Origin: Chloroflexota bacterium
GTDB taxonomy: Bacteria > Chloroflexota > UBA6077
NCBI GenBank assembly: GCA_050942695.1
Contig: JBMNNU010000001.1
Location: forward strand, 1-44,022
DNA: 44,022 nt
Direction: 5' to 3'
Below are positions 17,103 to 24,809 of this stretch, piece by piece; position 1 is the first letter of the stretch, and every line of letters begins with the position of its first letter. The notes under the pieces are model-generated. The model searched no databases and was not told where the DNA came from. It saw nothing but the letters and a program-made list of their open reading frames with translations. Position numbers and translations under genes: made by a program.

Positions 17103-18974
17103 CTACTCAGCCAGGTCGGCGATCTCCAGCTCTATCAGCTTCTCCCTGGTGGGGACGCCGGTCTCCTTATCCCAACCCATCATCGCGTAGAAGTTATGCT
17201 TTGCATCTTCGAACGCTTTCTTGTCCAGACCGATACCCTTGAGCACGCCGCCTTCCAAAGGCTTGAACAGCCGCTCAGGAAGAACATCGTCTTCAGAGGT
17301 TAAGCCCTCGCGAACGTTGAACAGTCTGGCCATGGTCGTAGCCCGCTCCCCTGCCTTGAGGTACTCCCACATCGAGTAGTCCCAGCCGGTAACGGCCTGG
17401 ACCAGGTCCAGCATCGTGTCCGCAGTCCAGTAGCGGAAGCCGGGGAAGTTCACGAAGTTGCAGATGCCCATGGAATTGTGAGCGCTCCAGTGGTTCTGAA
17501 GGTAGTGGTATGCGTGCGTCTTCTTTTCACTCAGATCCCGCAGCGGCAGCGGCTCGTAGATGCCCATAGCCTTACAGAGATCCAGAGTGGGGCCTGGTCC
17601 GCCGATTACCGGATCGTGAGGGGCTTCGATGTGATCGGCCCCTGTGGGCGATACGGCGAAGGATAGAGATTGCATCGCCTTACCTCGAGGCTCGTGCATA
17701 GGCAGCTCCTGGCCCTTCACGTGCATCGCGAACTGCTCCGCACCCCTGCCGATCTGGCGGGCGGCCCTCATCGAGCCCTCGGCCAGCAGATCGCCCAACC
17801 CCTCGCGCTTCATGATCTTCTCCACCATCTTCACCATGGCATCGGCGTTGCCGAAGCGGAGGTCGAGCCCGTCGGTGTCCTTCAGCGTTAGAAGGCCGTT
17901 CTCGTAACACTCCATCGCGAAGGCGATGGTGACGCCGGTGGAGATGGTATCGGCCACGTAGGCGCCGCAGAGTTGGTTGGCGCGGCAGACAGCCACCAAG
18001 TCGGAGACGCCGCAGCAGGAACCGAAAGACCCCAGGGTCTCGTACTCCGGGCCTCCGAACTTAGGATCGACCTTGTAGGGATTTTCAGCCGCTACCACCC
18101 GTTTGCAGCGGACGGTGCAGGCGAAACAGCCCTCACCCTTTACCAAGACCGTATCCCGCATCTTCTCGCCGCTGATCGCCTCAGCTCCCTCGAAGGAGCC
18201 GGAGCGGAAGTTCCGGGTGGGCAGGATGCCGCCAGCGTCGAGCGCACGGACCAGGTTAGCCGAACCCAGCTCGGTTAGAACGTGCCCGCCCTGTGCCACG
18301 AACCATTTGGCCAGCCGTTTTATGCCGTCCGGATCGGCGAACTCCAGCTTGTTCTTGCCACGAACAGCCACAGCTCGCAGGTTTTTGGAGGCCATCACGG
18401 CACCCATACCGGTTCGTCCGTTGAAGTGCTTCAGGTTGTTGACGACATTGGCGAATCGGACGAACTTTTCACCCGCCGGCCCCATCTGGGCTATCCTAAT
18501 GCGAGGATCGTCAAGCTCCTGCCTGATTGCGTCCTCGGCCTCGTCGGACATCTTGCCGGTAAGATGCTTGGCCGACCGGATCTCAACCTGGCCGTCGTGG
18601 ATCCAGAGATACACCGGCTCGGGGGAGCGGCCTTTGACTACGATAGCGTCGAAGCCTGCGAACTTTAACTCAGGGCCCCAGAAACCTCCTGCCTCAGCCT
18701 CGCCAAAACCGTCCGTCAGAGGCGACTTGGCAGCCACCGTGTACCTCACCATACCGGAGGCTGGCGCGCCGGTAAGCAAGCCTGCCGCAAAGACCAGCAC
18801 GTTATCTGGGCTCAGGGGATCGCACTTGGGCGGCATTTCCTTCAGGAGGTAATAGGTTGCCAGGGCTCCACCGCCCAGATAACGCCTGTAGAAGGTCTCG
18901 CCTGGATTCTCGACAGACCAGGTACCATCTGTCAGGTTGACTCTTAGTATGTTACCTGTGTAACCGTAAGGCAT
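17103..18974 (-). CDS. aor: Aldehyde:ferredoxin oxidoreductase (tungstopterin AOR family)
   Basis: MPYGYTGNILRVNLTDGTWSVE...FYRRYLGGGALATYYL and the 4Fe-4S ligand motif GEGCFACTVRCKR (C-x2-C-x3-C). I prefer the ATG at 18974, preceded by GAGAGGAAG, over the 19061 start. Confidence 0.9.
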   Translation of the reverse strand: MPYGYTGNILRVNLTDGTWSVENPGETFYRRYLGGGALATYYLLKEMPPKCDPLSPDNVLVFAAGLLTGAPASGMVRYTVAAKSPLTDGFGEAEAGGFWGPELKFAGFDAIVVKGRSPEPVYLWIHDGQVEIRSAKHLTGKMSDEAEDAIRQELDDPRIRIAQMGPAGEKFVRFANVVNNLKHFNGRTGMGAVMASKNLRAVAVRGKNKLEFADPDGIKRLAKWFVAQGGHVLTELGSANLVRALDAGGILPTRNFRSGSFEGAEAISGEKMRDTVLVKGEGCFACTVRCKRVVAAENPYKVDPKFGGPEYETLGSFGSCCGVSDLVAVCRANQLCGAYVADTISTGVTIAFAMECYENGLLTLKDTDGLDLRFGNADAMVKMVEKIMKREGLGDLLAEGSMRAARQIGRGAEQFAMHVKGQELPMHEPRGKAMQSLSFAVSPTGADHIEAPHDPVIGGPGPTLDLCKAMGIYEPLPLRDLSEKKTHAYHYLQNHWSAHNSMGICNFVNFPGFRYWTADTMLDLVQAVTGWDYSMWEYLKAGERATTMARLFNVREGLTSEDDVLPERLFKPLEGGVLKGIGLDKKAFEDAKHNFYAMMGWDKETGVPTREKLIELEIADLAE

Positions 18975-19014
18975 TGCACACTTCCTCTCTTCGTAGAATA
19001 CTAGCCGACATTGC

Positions 19015-19245
19015 CTAGCATCCGCCTGCAATCGGCGGAAATAGTTCCACCTTACTTCCATCTTGCAGGACGGCGTCGGGGAGCGCGCCCCTTCCGTCCA
19101 GGTATAGAGTTCCTACCTCGCCGCTGGGTATCCGCAGGGCTGCAATAAGGTCGGATACCGTTGACCCTCCCTCCAGGTCTACCGTGATATCCTTGCCGTT
19201 CCCATACGTGCTCAAGTGTCCGGCTAAACGCACATTTATCTTCAC
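19015..19245 (-). CDS. MoaD/ThiS-family ubiquitin-like sulfur-carrier protein ending in GGC
   Basis: VKINVRLAGHL...GSTVSDLIAAL...VLQDGSKVELFPPIAGGC, 76 aa. GTG at 19245 follows GGGGAG; TTG at 19266 is the alternative. It ends 40 nt upstream of the AOR start. Confidence 0.72.
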   Translation of the reverse strand: MKINVRLAGHLSTYGNGKDITVDLEGGSTVSDLIAALRIPSGEVGTLYLDGRGALPDAVLQDGSKVELFPPIAGGC

Positions 19246-19427
19246 TTCACCACTCCCCAGATCCAAGCCCCTATACCGTGGTCAGCAAGGAAGCCATTGC
19301 CCACGCAATGCCCAACAAAGACAGGCATGCACATATAGCGGAGCTAATTGGATTGACAAAGATTCAGCGATTCAGCGCATATCTCTAGCCATCGTATTAC
19401 TAGTATGGGGCAGTAGTCAACCATTGG

Positions 19428-20231
19428 TTAACCAAGTCCAAGCAATTTTGCCATGGTGCCGCCGAAGATTTTTGATTGGATCCCGGTGTCTAAACCTAAC
19501 CCATCGAAAATGCGCTTATGGTCCGCCAGGGCCCACTCCATTTCAGAATAATGGACGTCGGTGCCAAAAACAATCTTCTCGTATGCGCCCGGCCAGAAGA
19601 AGAGATTTCTGTAGAAAGACAACGGCTTGTGAGACCTCCAACCCTGCTTTCCTCCGGTCAGGTCCAGGTATACGTTGGGGTTAAAGCGGGCTAGCTCAGA
19701 GGCTTCCTCATACCAGGGCAGCCCAAGGTGAGCGGCGATGATGGCCAGATCCGGAAAGGAGCGGGCGATACCATCCAGGAATACAGGCCGCATCCGGGCC
19801 GAGGACACGTTGTGCTTGTGGTCGTCCGCGAGCCGCACCACCATCCCCGTGTGGAACAGGATCGGCATACCCAATCGCTGAGCTCGCTCGTAGACAGGGT
19901 AGTAGGAGGGATCATCGTAGTTGGACAGGGGGCGGTGCAGCTTCAGGGCTTTGAAGCCCTGTGCATGTAGCTCGTCTACCAAGCGGGGGTCGTCTCTCCC
20001 CAATCGGAAATAGGCGAAGCCGACTATCCTATCCGGGTACAGCTCGAAAGCGTGGCGAACGTCTTCGTTGGTGACGGCCCCCGGTAGGCCGGACCCGTCG
20101 GAGAAGAGGCCGGTGAAATCAGACAGGGCCGACAGACACACACGGTCGATACCGAGCCTGGTGCACTCCTCCAACATCCGCGGCAGGTAGTCCCTTTGAT
20201 TCAGCAGGTGGTGGTGCGCGTCGATGATCAT
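19428..20231 (-). CDS. Amidohydrolase-2-type metal-dependent TIM-barrel hydrolase (lactonase/decarboxylase-like)
   Basis: Starts MIIDAHHHLL (HxH metal motif), with later ...ILFHTG.. and ..FGTDV... The ATG at 20231 overlaps the upstream stop as ATGA, so the longer 20360 start is unlikely. Confidence 0.8.
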   Translation of the reverse strand: MIIDAHHHLLNQRDYLPRMLEECTRLGIDRVCLSALSDFTGLFSDGSGLPGAVTNEDVRHAFELYPDRIVGFAYFRLGRDDPRLVDELHAQGFKALKLHRPLSNYDDPSYYPVYERAQRLGMPILFHTGMVVRLADDHKHNVSSARMRPVFLDGIARSFPDLAIIAAHLGLPWYEEASELARFNPNVYLDLTGGKQGWRSHKPLSFYRNLFFWPGAYEKIVFGTDVHYSEMEWALADHKRIFDGLGLDTGIQSKIFGGTMAKLLGLG

Positions 20232-21076
20232 GATTGCTGGTATCCTACTGTAAGACGGTCGGCGACGATCTGCCAGTCCGGATGGTCGCGGATCAGTGTT
20301 GCGGGATACTCCACCGTCGGCTCCAGAAAAAGGGCAGCTCGCAGCGCCGTTCGCTGCCAAAGCCCGCCATCGCAGTAAAGCCGGATTCGCCGCGCCCCCA
20401 GGATCTGCTTCATGCCCATGGTGACGGCCATAGGAGGGAAACCGGCAACATCACCACCCGTCCACCTGGCGGCCCCCATGACAACCGTTTCCGGGTTGAG
20501 GAAGACCACCCTTGGCATGCTCCCTTTGAACTCCTCAGCGCTGACCCGCCAGAGTCCGTGAATCGGCGGTTCGTTGAAAGCCACGTGGCAGTGGATGCCG
20601 ATGCCCCCGTAGCAGATGTCTATTCCGCCCACCCGATCGATCTCATCCACAAGCTCATCCAAGTGGAAAGGGTGAGGGAAGTGGAGCTGGCGCTCCGGCA
20701 GCCTCAACCCCGGTGCCAACCGGTCGAATAGGGCCTCCCGAGCCTGCCCGGCGAAGCTGAGAGGGTGATCTGAGGGGATCGGCCTTCCCTGCCAATCGAG
20801 ATACTCGTCCATGAAGAATATGTGCGCGTTGGCCCAGCTAATCTTCCTGCGATTGCATATCTCTGCCAGCAGTGGATACTGGTCTTTAGGTCCCAGTGGA
20901 AGGATCAGCCGGGTGAGTCTCCCGGCGGCGTTGTTGCCCTCCAGTTCGGTTGCTATCGCCTCGGCGAAGTGGAGGTGGAGAGATGGAACGTCGGGCACGA
21001 CGACCAGATGATCCTCCGCCTCTCTCTCGATATCCTCGGGCGGCAGGCTCGTTAGTTCCTTTAGAGTGTGGCCCAT
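20228..21076 (-). CDS. NagB/6-phosphogluconolactonase-family sugar-phosphate deaminase/isomerase
   Basis: ...RLILPLGPKDQYPLLAEI......ISWANAHIFFMDEY... resembles the glucosamine-6-phosphate deaminase fold motif (F.MDEY). Confidence 0.7.
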   Translation of the reverse strand: MGHTLKELTSLPPEDIEREAEDHLVVVPDVPSLHLHFAEAIATELEGNNAAGRLTRLILPLGPKDQYPLLAEICNRRKISWANAHIFFMDEYLDWQGRPIPSDHPLSFAGQAREALFDRLAPGLRLPERQLHFPHPFHLDELVDEIDRVGGIDICYGGIGIHCHVAFNEPPIHGLWRVSAEEFKGSMPRVVFLNPETVVMGAARWTGGDVAGFPPMAVTMGMKQILGARRIRLYCDGGLWQRTALRAALFLEPTVEYPATLIRDHPDWQIVADRLTVGYQQS

Positions 21077-21130
21077 ACATAACCTCTGGATCGAGTTGGC
21101 AGGGTTACGGGCGCCAACAGCCGAAGTGAA

Positions 21131-22339
21131 TTATTTGCCACACAGCTTGGGCACGGGCAGCGGCTGGAGACGGGTATACTTGGGCAGCGGCCCTCCTAAG
21201 AGCGGCTCCGCGTAGGCGCGGAAGGCGGGAGCTACGCCATCGGGTGTCATGAACTCAGGCGGGATCAAACGTTCGCGGTTCGCCACATCCTTCAGCCTGG
21301 CCGCGCCGGTAGTGCAACGGTAAGGCTCTCCAGGCAGTCTCTCCAGGGTCACCATGCAGCCACTCTTACCCTCCAGCGCCAGCCGAACGGCGGCTTTGCC
21401 GACCTCGCGAGCCTCCGCCTGGTCCACGGGGGAGACGCAGGCCATGGCGGCCCTTTGGACGGTGCCTGGGCGCTCCGAACGACAGGGCAATTTCAACTCG
21501 GCTCGGATCAGCCCGGCAAGATAGTCTCCGGCACCGGCTGGCACCGGGTGGCCGAAGGAATCCACCGTTCCCGGCTGGGCAAGGCTCGTCAGCAGCTTGC
21601 CATCGGGATTACGGAGCCCCTCAGAGGCTACCACCAGGGCGCAACCATACTCTCGCTGCACCTCCGATACCCTTTCGAGGAAGCTGTCGGATTGGAAAGG
21701 TTGCTCCGGGAGGCATATCACCAGGGGGAACTCCGAGCCAGGCTGGTTGGCCAGGGAGGCCGCTGCGGTGATCCAACCTGCGTTTCGCCCCATCACCTCC
21801 AGTACGTATACCTTCATGAAGGTGCGCATCGAGAGAAGGTCGGTGCCGATATCCATGACGGTCTGGGCAACCCAGCGGGCGACGCTGCCGTATCCGGGGC
21901 AGTGGTCGGTCAGAGCGAGATCGTTGTCGATAGTCTTGGGGACGCCCACAACCGTGAGGTCGTACCCGGCGGAGCGAGCTAACGATTCGATCTGCATGGA
22001 GGTGTCCATGGAATCGTTCCCGCCGATGTAGAGGAAGTAGCGCACGTCGTGGGCACGGAAAACCTCGACTACACGCTCGTAATCGGAAGGGCTTAGCTTG
22101 CGCCGGCACGACCCAAGGGCAGAAGCCGGGGTATTGAGTAAGCCATCCAGGATGGAGGCCGTTTGGCTCCCGAGGTCCAGGAGATTTTCTTGAAGAGCGC
22201 CCTCGATACCGTTGACCAGGCCTAGCACTTCACCTATCTCGGAATAGCTGCGGGCCTCCTCGACGACCCCCACGAGGCTGCAGTTGATAACCGATGTCGG
22301 CCCACCCGACTGTCCAACTACCAGGTTGCCTTTGGCCAT
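21131..22339 (-). CDS. Phosphofructokinase-family (PfkA/Pfp) sugar-phosphate kinase, PPi-type signature at one of two diagnostic positions
   Basis: VVGQSGGPTSVINCSL, FLYIGGNDSMDT, VGVPKTIDNDL, MGRNAGWI. Confidence 0.85.
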   Translation of the reverse strand: MAKGNLVVGQSGGPTSVINCSLVGVVEEARSYSEIGEVLGLVNGIEGALQENLLDLGSQTASILDGLLNTPASALGSCRRKLSPSDYERVVEVFRAHDVRYFLYIGGNDSMDTSMQIESLARSAGYDLTVVGVPKTIDNDLALTDHCPGYGSVARWVAQTVMDIGTDLLSMRTFMKVYVLEVMGRNAGWITAAASLANQPGSEFPLVICLPEQPFQSDSFLERVSEVQREYGCALVVASEGLRNPDGKLLTSLAQPGTVDSFGHPVPAGAGDYLAGLIRAELKLPCRSERPGTVQRAAMACVSPVDQAEAREVGKAAVRLALEGKSGCMVTLERLPGEPYRCTTGAARLKDVANRERLIPPEFMTPDGVAPAFRAYAEPLLGGPLPKYTRLQPLPVPKLCGK

Positions 22340-22378
22340 GATGTTCCCCCAAATGTCCTAAGAATTCAGGGACCGAGA

Positions 22379-23155
22379 TCAATTTTCCGCGGGGAATTGT
22401 GAGATCTTTAGCGCAGCTTTGGAGGAGGGCGATCCTTTTCTCTTCAGGCGAATCCGGTAAGCATAGCGATCAGCTCGGTAGAACGCCCGTGTAAACTCCA
22501 CTGAGCGACCTTCGGCAGTGAATACGGTTCGCTCCACCAGCAGGACGGGCATGCCCTTTTTCACTTCCAGATGCTGCGCCGTAAAATCGTCGGCGAGGGT
22601 GGATTGGATGGCCTGGTCCGCCCAATCGAGCTGGAAACCCTGCTCCTCCAAAATGGTGTATATAGCATCCTCCAGGTTTTCCTCGAGCAGCTTCTCCCCT
22701 AGGTCCGAGGGAAAGTGGCTGATATCCAGGGCCATCGGCTCTCCATCGGCGAGTTGAACCCTCACAACCCTGAGCGCATTCTCCCCCTCACCTATACCGA
22801 GCTTTGCCGCAACAATGCAGTCTGCCTCCCGCATCTCAGCAGAAACCAGCCGGGTGCCGGGCTTGAGCCCCCTCATCCTCATCTCTTCGTAGAAACCTGT
22901 AAGGGTGGCCAGCTCCTGTTCGATGCGATTCCGTCGGACGAAAGTACCACGTCCCCGTTGCCGGTAAAGCAATCCGTCTCCCATCAGGCTGTTGACGGCC
23001 TGCCGGACGGTGATGCGGCTAACACCGTATTTATCTATCAGCTCTCGTTCTGTTGGGATGATATCGCCAGGCTTGAGAACGCCCTTCTCGATCTGCTCCA
23101 GCAAGAGGGTGCGCAGTTGGAAGTAGAGCGGCAGGGGACTGGACCTGTCGAGCAT
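22379..23155 (-). CDS. GntR-family transcriptional regulator, HutC subfamily (winged HTH plus UTRA domain)
   Basis: PLYFQLRTLLLEQIEKGVLKPGDIIPTERELIDKYGVSRITVRQAVNSLMGDGLLYRQRGRGTFV, followed by a UTRA-like C-terminal domain. Confidence 0.9.
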   Translation of the reverse strand: MLDRSSPLPLYFQLRTLLLEQIEKGVLKPGDIIPTERELIDKYGVSRITVRQAVNSLMGDGLLYRQRGRGTFVRRNRIEQELATLTGFYEEMRMRGLKPGTRLVSAEMREADCIVAAKLGIGEGENALRVVRVQLADGEPMALDISHFPSDLGEKLLEENLEDAIYTILEEQGFQLDWADQAIQSTLADDFTAQHLEVKKGMPVLLVERTVFTAEGRSVEFTRAFYRADRYAYRIRLKRKGSPSSKAALKISQFPAEN

Positions 23156-23196
23156 GAGGCGTTTCCTCCAATCGGTTATTCCGAGACGTTATCAAG

Positions 23197-23213
23197 GTAT
23201 AATGTTATATCCT
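23197..23213 (-). promoter_or_regulatory. Candidate GntR/HutC operator (second copy of AGGATATAACATTATAC)
   Basis: The reverse complement of 23197-23213 equals 9653-9669 at 17/17. It lies 41 nt upstream of the GntR start codon and 12 nt downstream of the -10 hexamer. Confidence 0.55.
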
Positions 23214-23225
23214 TTGTGCCCGCTC

Positions 23226-23254
23226 ATTCTATTGGGAAGTCCCCGCGCTGTCAA
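23226..23254 (-). promoter_or_regulatory. Sigma-70-type promoter of the GntR operon: TTGACA, 17-nt spacer, TAGAAT
   Basis: On the minus strand, TTGACA is at 23254-23249, the spacer is exactly 17 nt, and TAGAAT is at 23231-23226. Confidence 0.6.
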
Positions 23255-23262
23255 CATAAGAA

Positions 23263-23311
23263 AGCGAGTAGTAAGTCCACTCTCGCTACTTACCACTCGC
23301 TACTCACTATC
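23263..23311. repeat. Heptamer-phased short tandem repeat (AGCGAGT / CGCTACT / ACTCGCT units)
   Basis: Read in 7-nt phase: agcgagt agtaagt ccactct cgctact taccact cgctact cactatc. AGCGAGT (23263-23269) is the complement of ACTCGCT (23295-23301). The ACTCGCT unit recurs at 38107-38127. Confidence 0.6.
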
Positions 23312-23332
23312 CCGGTGGCTACCGGATCGACT

Positions 23333-23647
23333 CTAGGCGGCCCTGCGGCCCATTTCTCCTGCTTTCTTGGTGGCTTCTACAAGCCTGCTGCCTGCGCTGA
23401 AGGTCGGACGCATGCCTCCAGGGATCTGCATCTCCTCGCCTGTGCGGGGGTGTCGCCCTTTGCGAGGTGCCCTCTCGACCACCTTGAAGGTGCCGAAGCC
23501 GGTGATGCGCACCTCTTCACCCCTCTCCATGGACTCCGTCACCGTGTCGAGAAAAGCATTGACAACCTTCTCAGCCTGTTTGTTTGGAATGCCGGCGTGT
23601 TGGGCTACGCGAGAGATAACATCCTGCTTGCCAATTGTTCCTGGCAT
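23333..23647 (-). CDS. hup: HU-family nucleoid-associated DNA-binding protein
   Basis: ...VISRVAQHAGIPNKQAEKVVNAFLDTVTESMERGEEVRITGFGTFKVVERAPRKGRHPRTGEEMQIPGGMRPTFSAG. ATG at 23647 follows GAAAGGAG. Confidence 0.9.
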   Translation of the reverse strand: MPGTIGKQDVISRVAQHAGIPNKQAEKVVNAFLDTVTESMERGEEVRITGFGTFKVVERAPRKGRHPRTGEEMQIPGGMRPTFSAGSRLVEATKKAGEMGRRAA

Positions 23648-23799
23648 GATGATGCTCCTTTCCATGGTGAACAGGGCGGCCCATTTGCCGCCTAGCTGTA
23701 GGAAGTAGCATACACCGTGCCTAAACCTAGCCTGGCAGTAGGCGAGATTCGAACGGATAGCCGAAACCAGCCTGGGAGTAGGAGCAATCGCCGAGCTGT

Positions 23800-24501
23800 C
23801 TATCGCCTTCGGCGGAAGAGGTCGAGAAATCGGTCTTCATACTCCCTGAAGACGCCCCATCGATCCAGCTCAGCCTTCAGATCGCTGGGGTTTAGCTCTC
23901 CGCGTTTTACAGCAGAGAACATCGCATCGAGGCGCACCCGCACGGCTCTGGGCAGCCCATCCTCCATTCCGAGCATACCTCTATGGGCCAGTTCAGCCAC
24001 ATTGCTGCCCAGGGATGAAACCGTCAATTCGAAGATAAACTTCATCAGGGAGACATCCCAGAGGAAATCTACCCCCTGGATTACCGCCGACTTTCGCTCG
24101 CCCTGTTTCTCTAGATCATCTACCAGCCGCTGGGCAACCGTGGGAGGAGGGTCAGAGACGATGGTAGTTTCCTGGAGCTCGTTCTTGTAGGAATACATCA
24201 GACCGGGGGAATTGCGCCCGTAGTGCTCAGCCAGATACTGCGCATACTCCTTCCCATGCTCGAAGCCGCTGAACAGGCTCAGCAGATAGTATGGGGTGAC
24301 GATCTGCGGCCGCTCGGCAGTAACTCGGCCGTGCCGCACCACCGTTTCCTTCGACTCCCCCACCAACTCCGAATACACCGGCTCGGTAACCAGGTAGTAG
24401 GGAATAGTGGTGACGCCGAAGGTAGCCAGCGCTTGCTTGGGAGCACGGACAACTGCAGTGGCCTCGGCTACTTGCCGAAAGGTATCGGGATCGATAGACA
24501 T
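23800..24501 (-). CDS. Hypothetical protein, 233 aa, no family recognised
   Basis: ORF MSIDPDTFRQVAEATAVVRAPKQALATFGVTTIPYYLVTEP...RFLDLFRRRR. I prefer the ATG at 24501 (AAAGGTGA upstream), because the longer 24720 start adds a Cys/Arg-rich, non-protein-like leader. Confidence 0.55.
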   Translation of the reverse strand: MSIDPDTFRQVAEATAVVRAPKQALATFGVTTIPYYLVTEPVYSELVGESKETVVRHGRVTAERPQIVTPYYLLSLFSGFEHGKEYAQYLAEHYGRNSPGLMYSYKNELQETTIVSDPPPTVAQRLVDDLEKQGERKSAVIQGVDFLWDVSLMKFIFELTVSSLGSNVAELAHRGMLGMEDGLPRAVRVRLDAMFSAVKRGELNPSDLKAELDRWGVFREYEDRFLDLFRRRR

Positions 24502-24809
24502 CTGGTCACCTTTTCGATAATTGCTGTTTGCCGATATCAATGATAGCCTTGCACAACACCTGCTCGCAAGCCATAATACCCTATTGGGATTTCCGTCACG
24601 TCTCTGGGAGCAGCAACGTCTGTTGTCCTCGTAGCATAGGGCGCTCTGCCCTGTTGCCCTTGTCGACATACGCCATCCAAGATAATGCCGGTCAACGGGG
24701 ACGGCATGGCACAGGGCCATGCACTACAGAGTATGGGCGTGTTGCTGTCTGGTAATCTGGCGTACAGCTTGCACCAAAAAGGTATTGATTGGCGGAGGTA
24801 ATTTGGGTT

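Noticed and set aside
18103-18852. 249-aa plus-strand ORF inside the AOR gene, and similar long antisense ORFs at 22715-23695, 38246-39064, 41981-43051 and 25593-27218
   Set aside because: All are antisense to genes with clear family motifs. They have Pro/Arg/Ser-rich composition and no RBS. The ones opposite the adaptor genes simply reflect the GCN-rich Ala codons.
23735-23790. tRNA-like gagattcgaacgg string
   Set aside because: The flanking bases do not form a T-stem, acceptor stem or anticodon arm on either strand.
17103-24720. Longer N-terminal extensions offered by the ORF track (AOR from 19061, amidohydrolase from 20360, hypothetical from 24720, HU from 23665, and others)
   Set aside because: Internal starts have clear Shine-Dalgarno sequences, match the canonical N-termini of the families, or give ATGA/GTGA coupling overlaps. 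The extensions are Arg/Cys/Ser-rich and overlap neighbouring genes.
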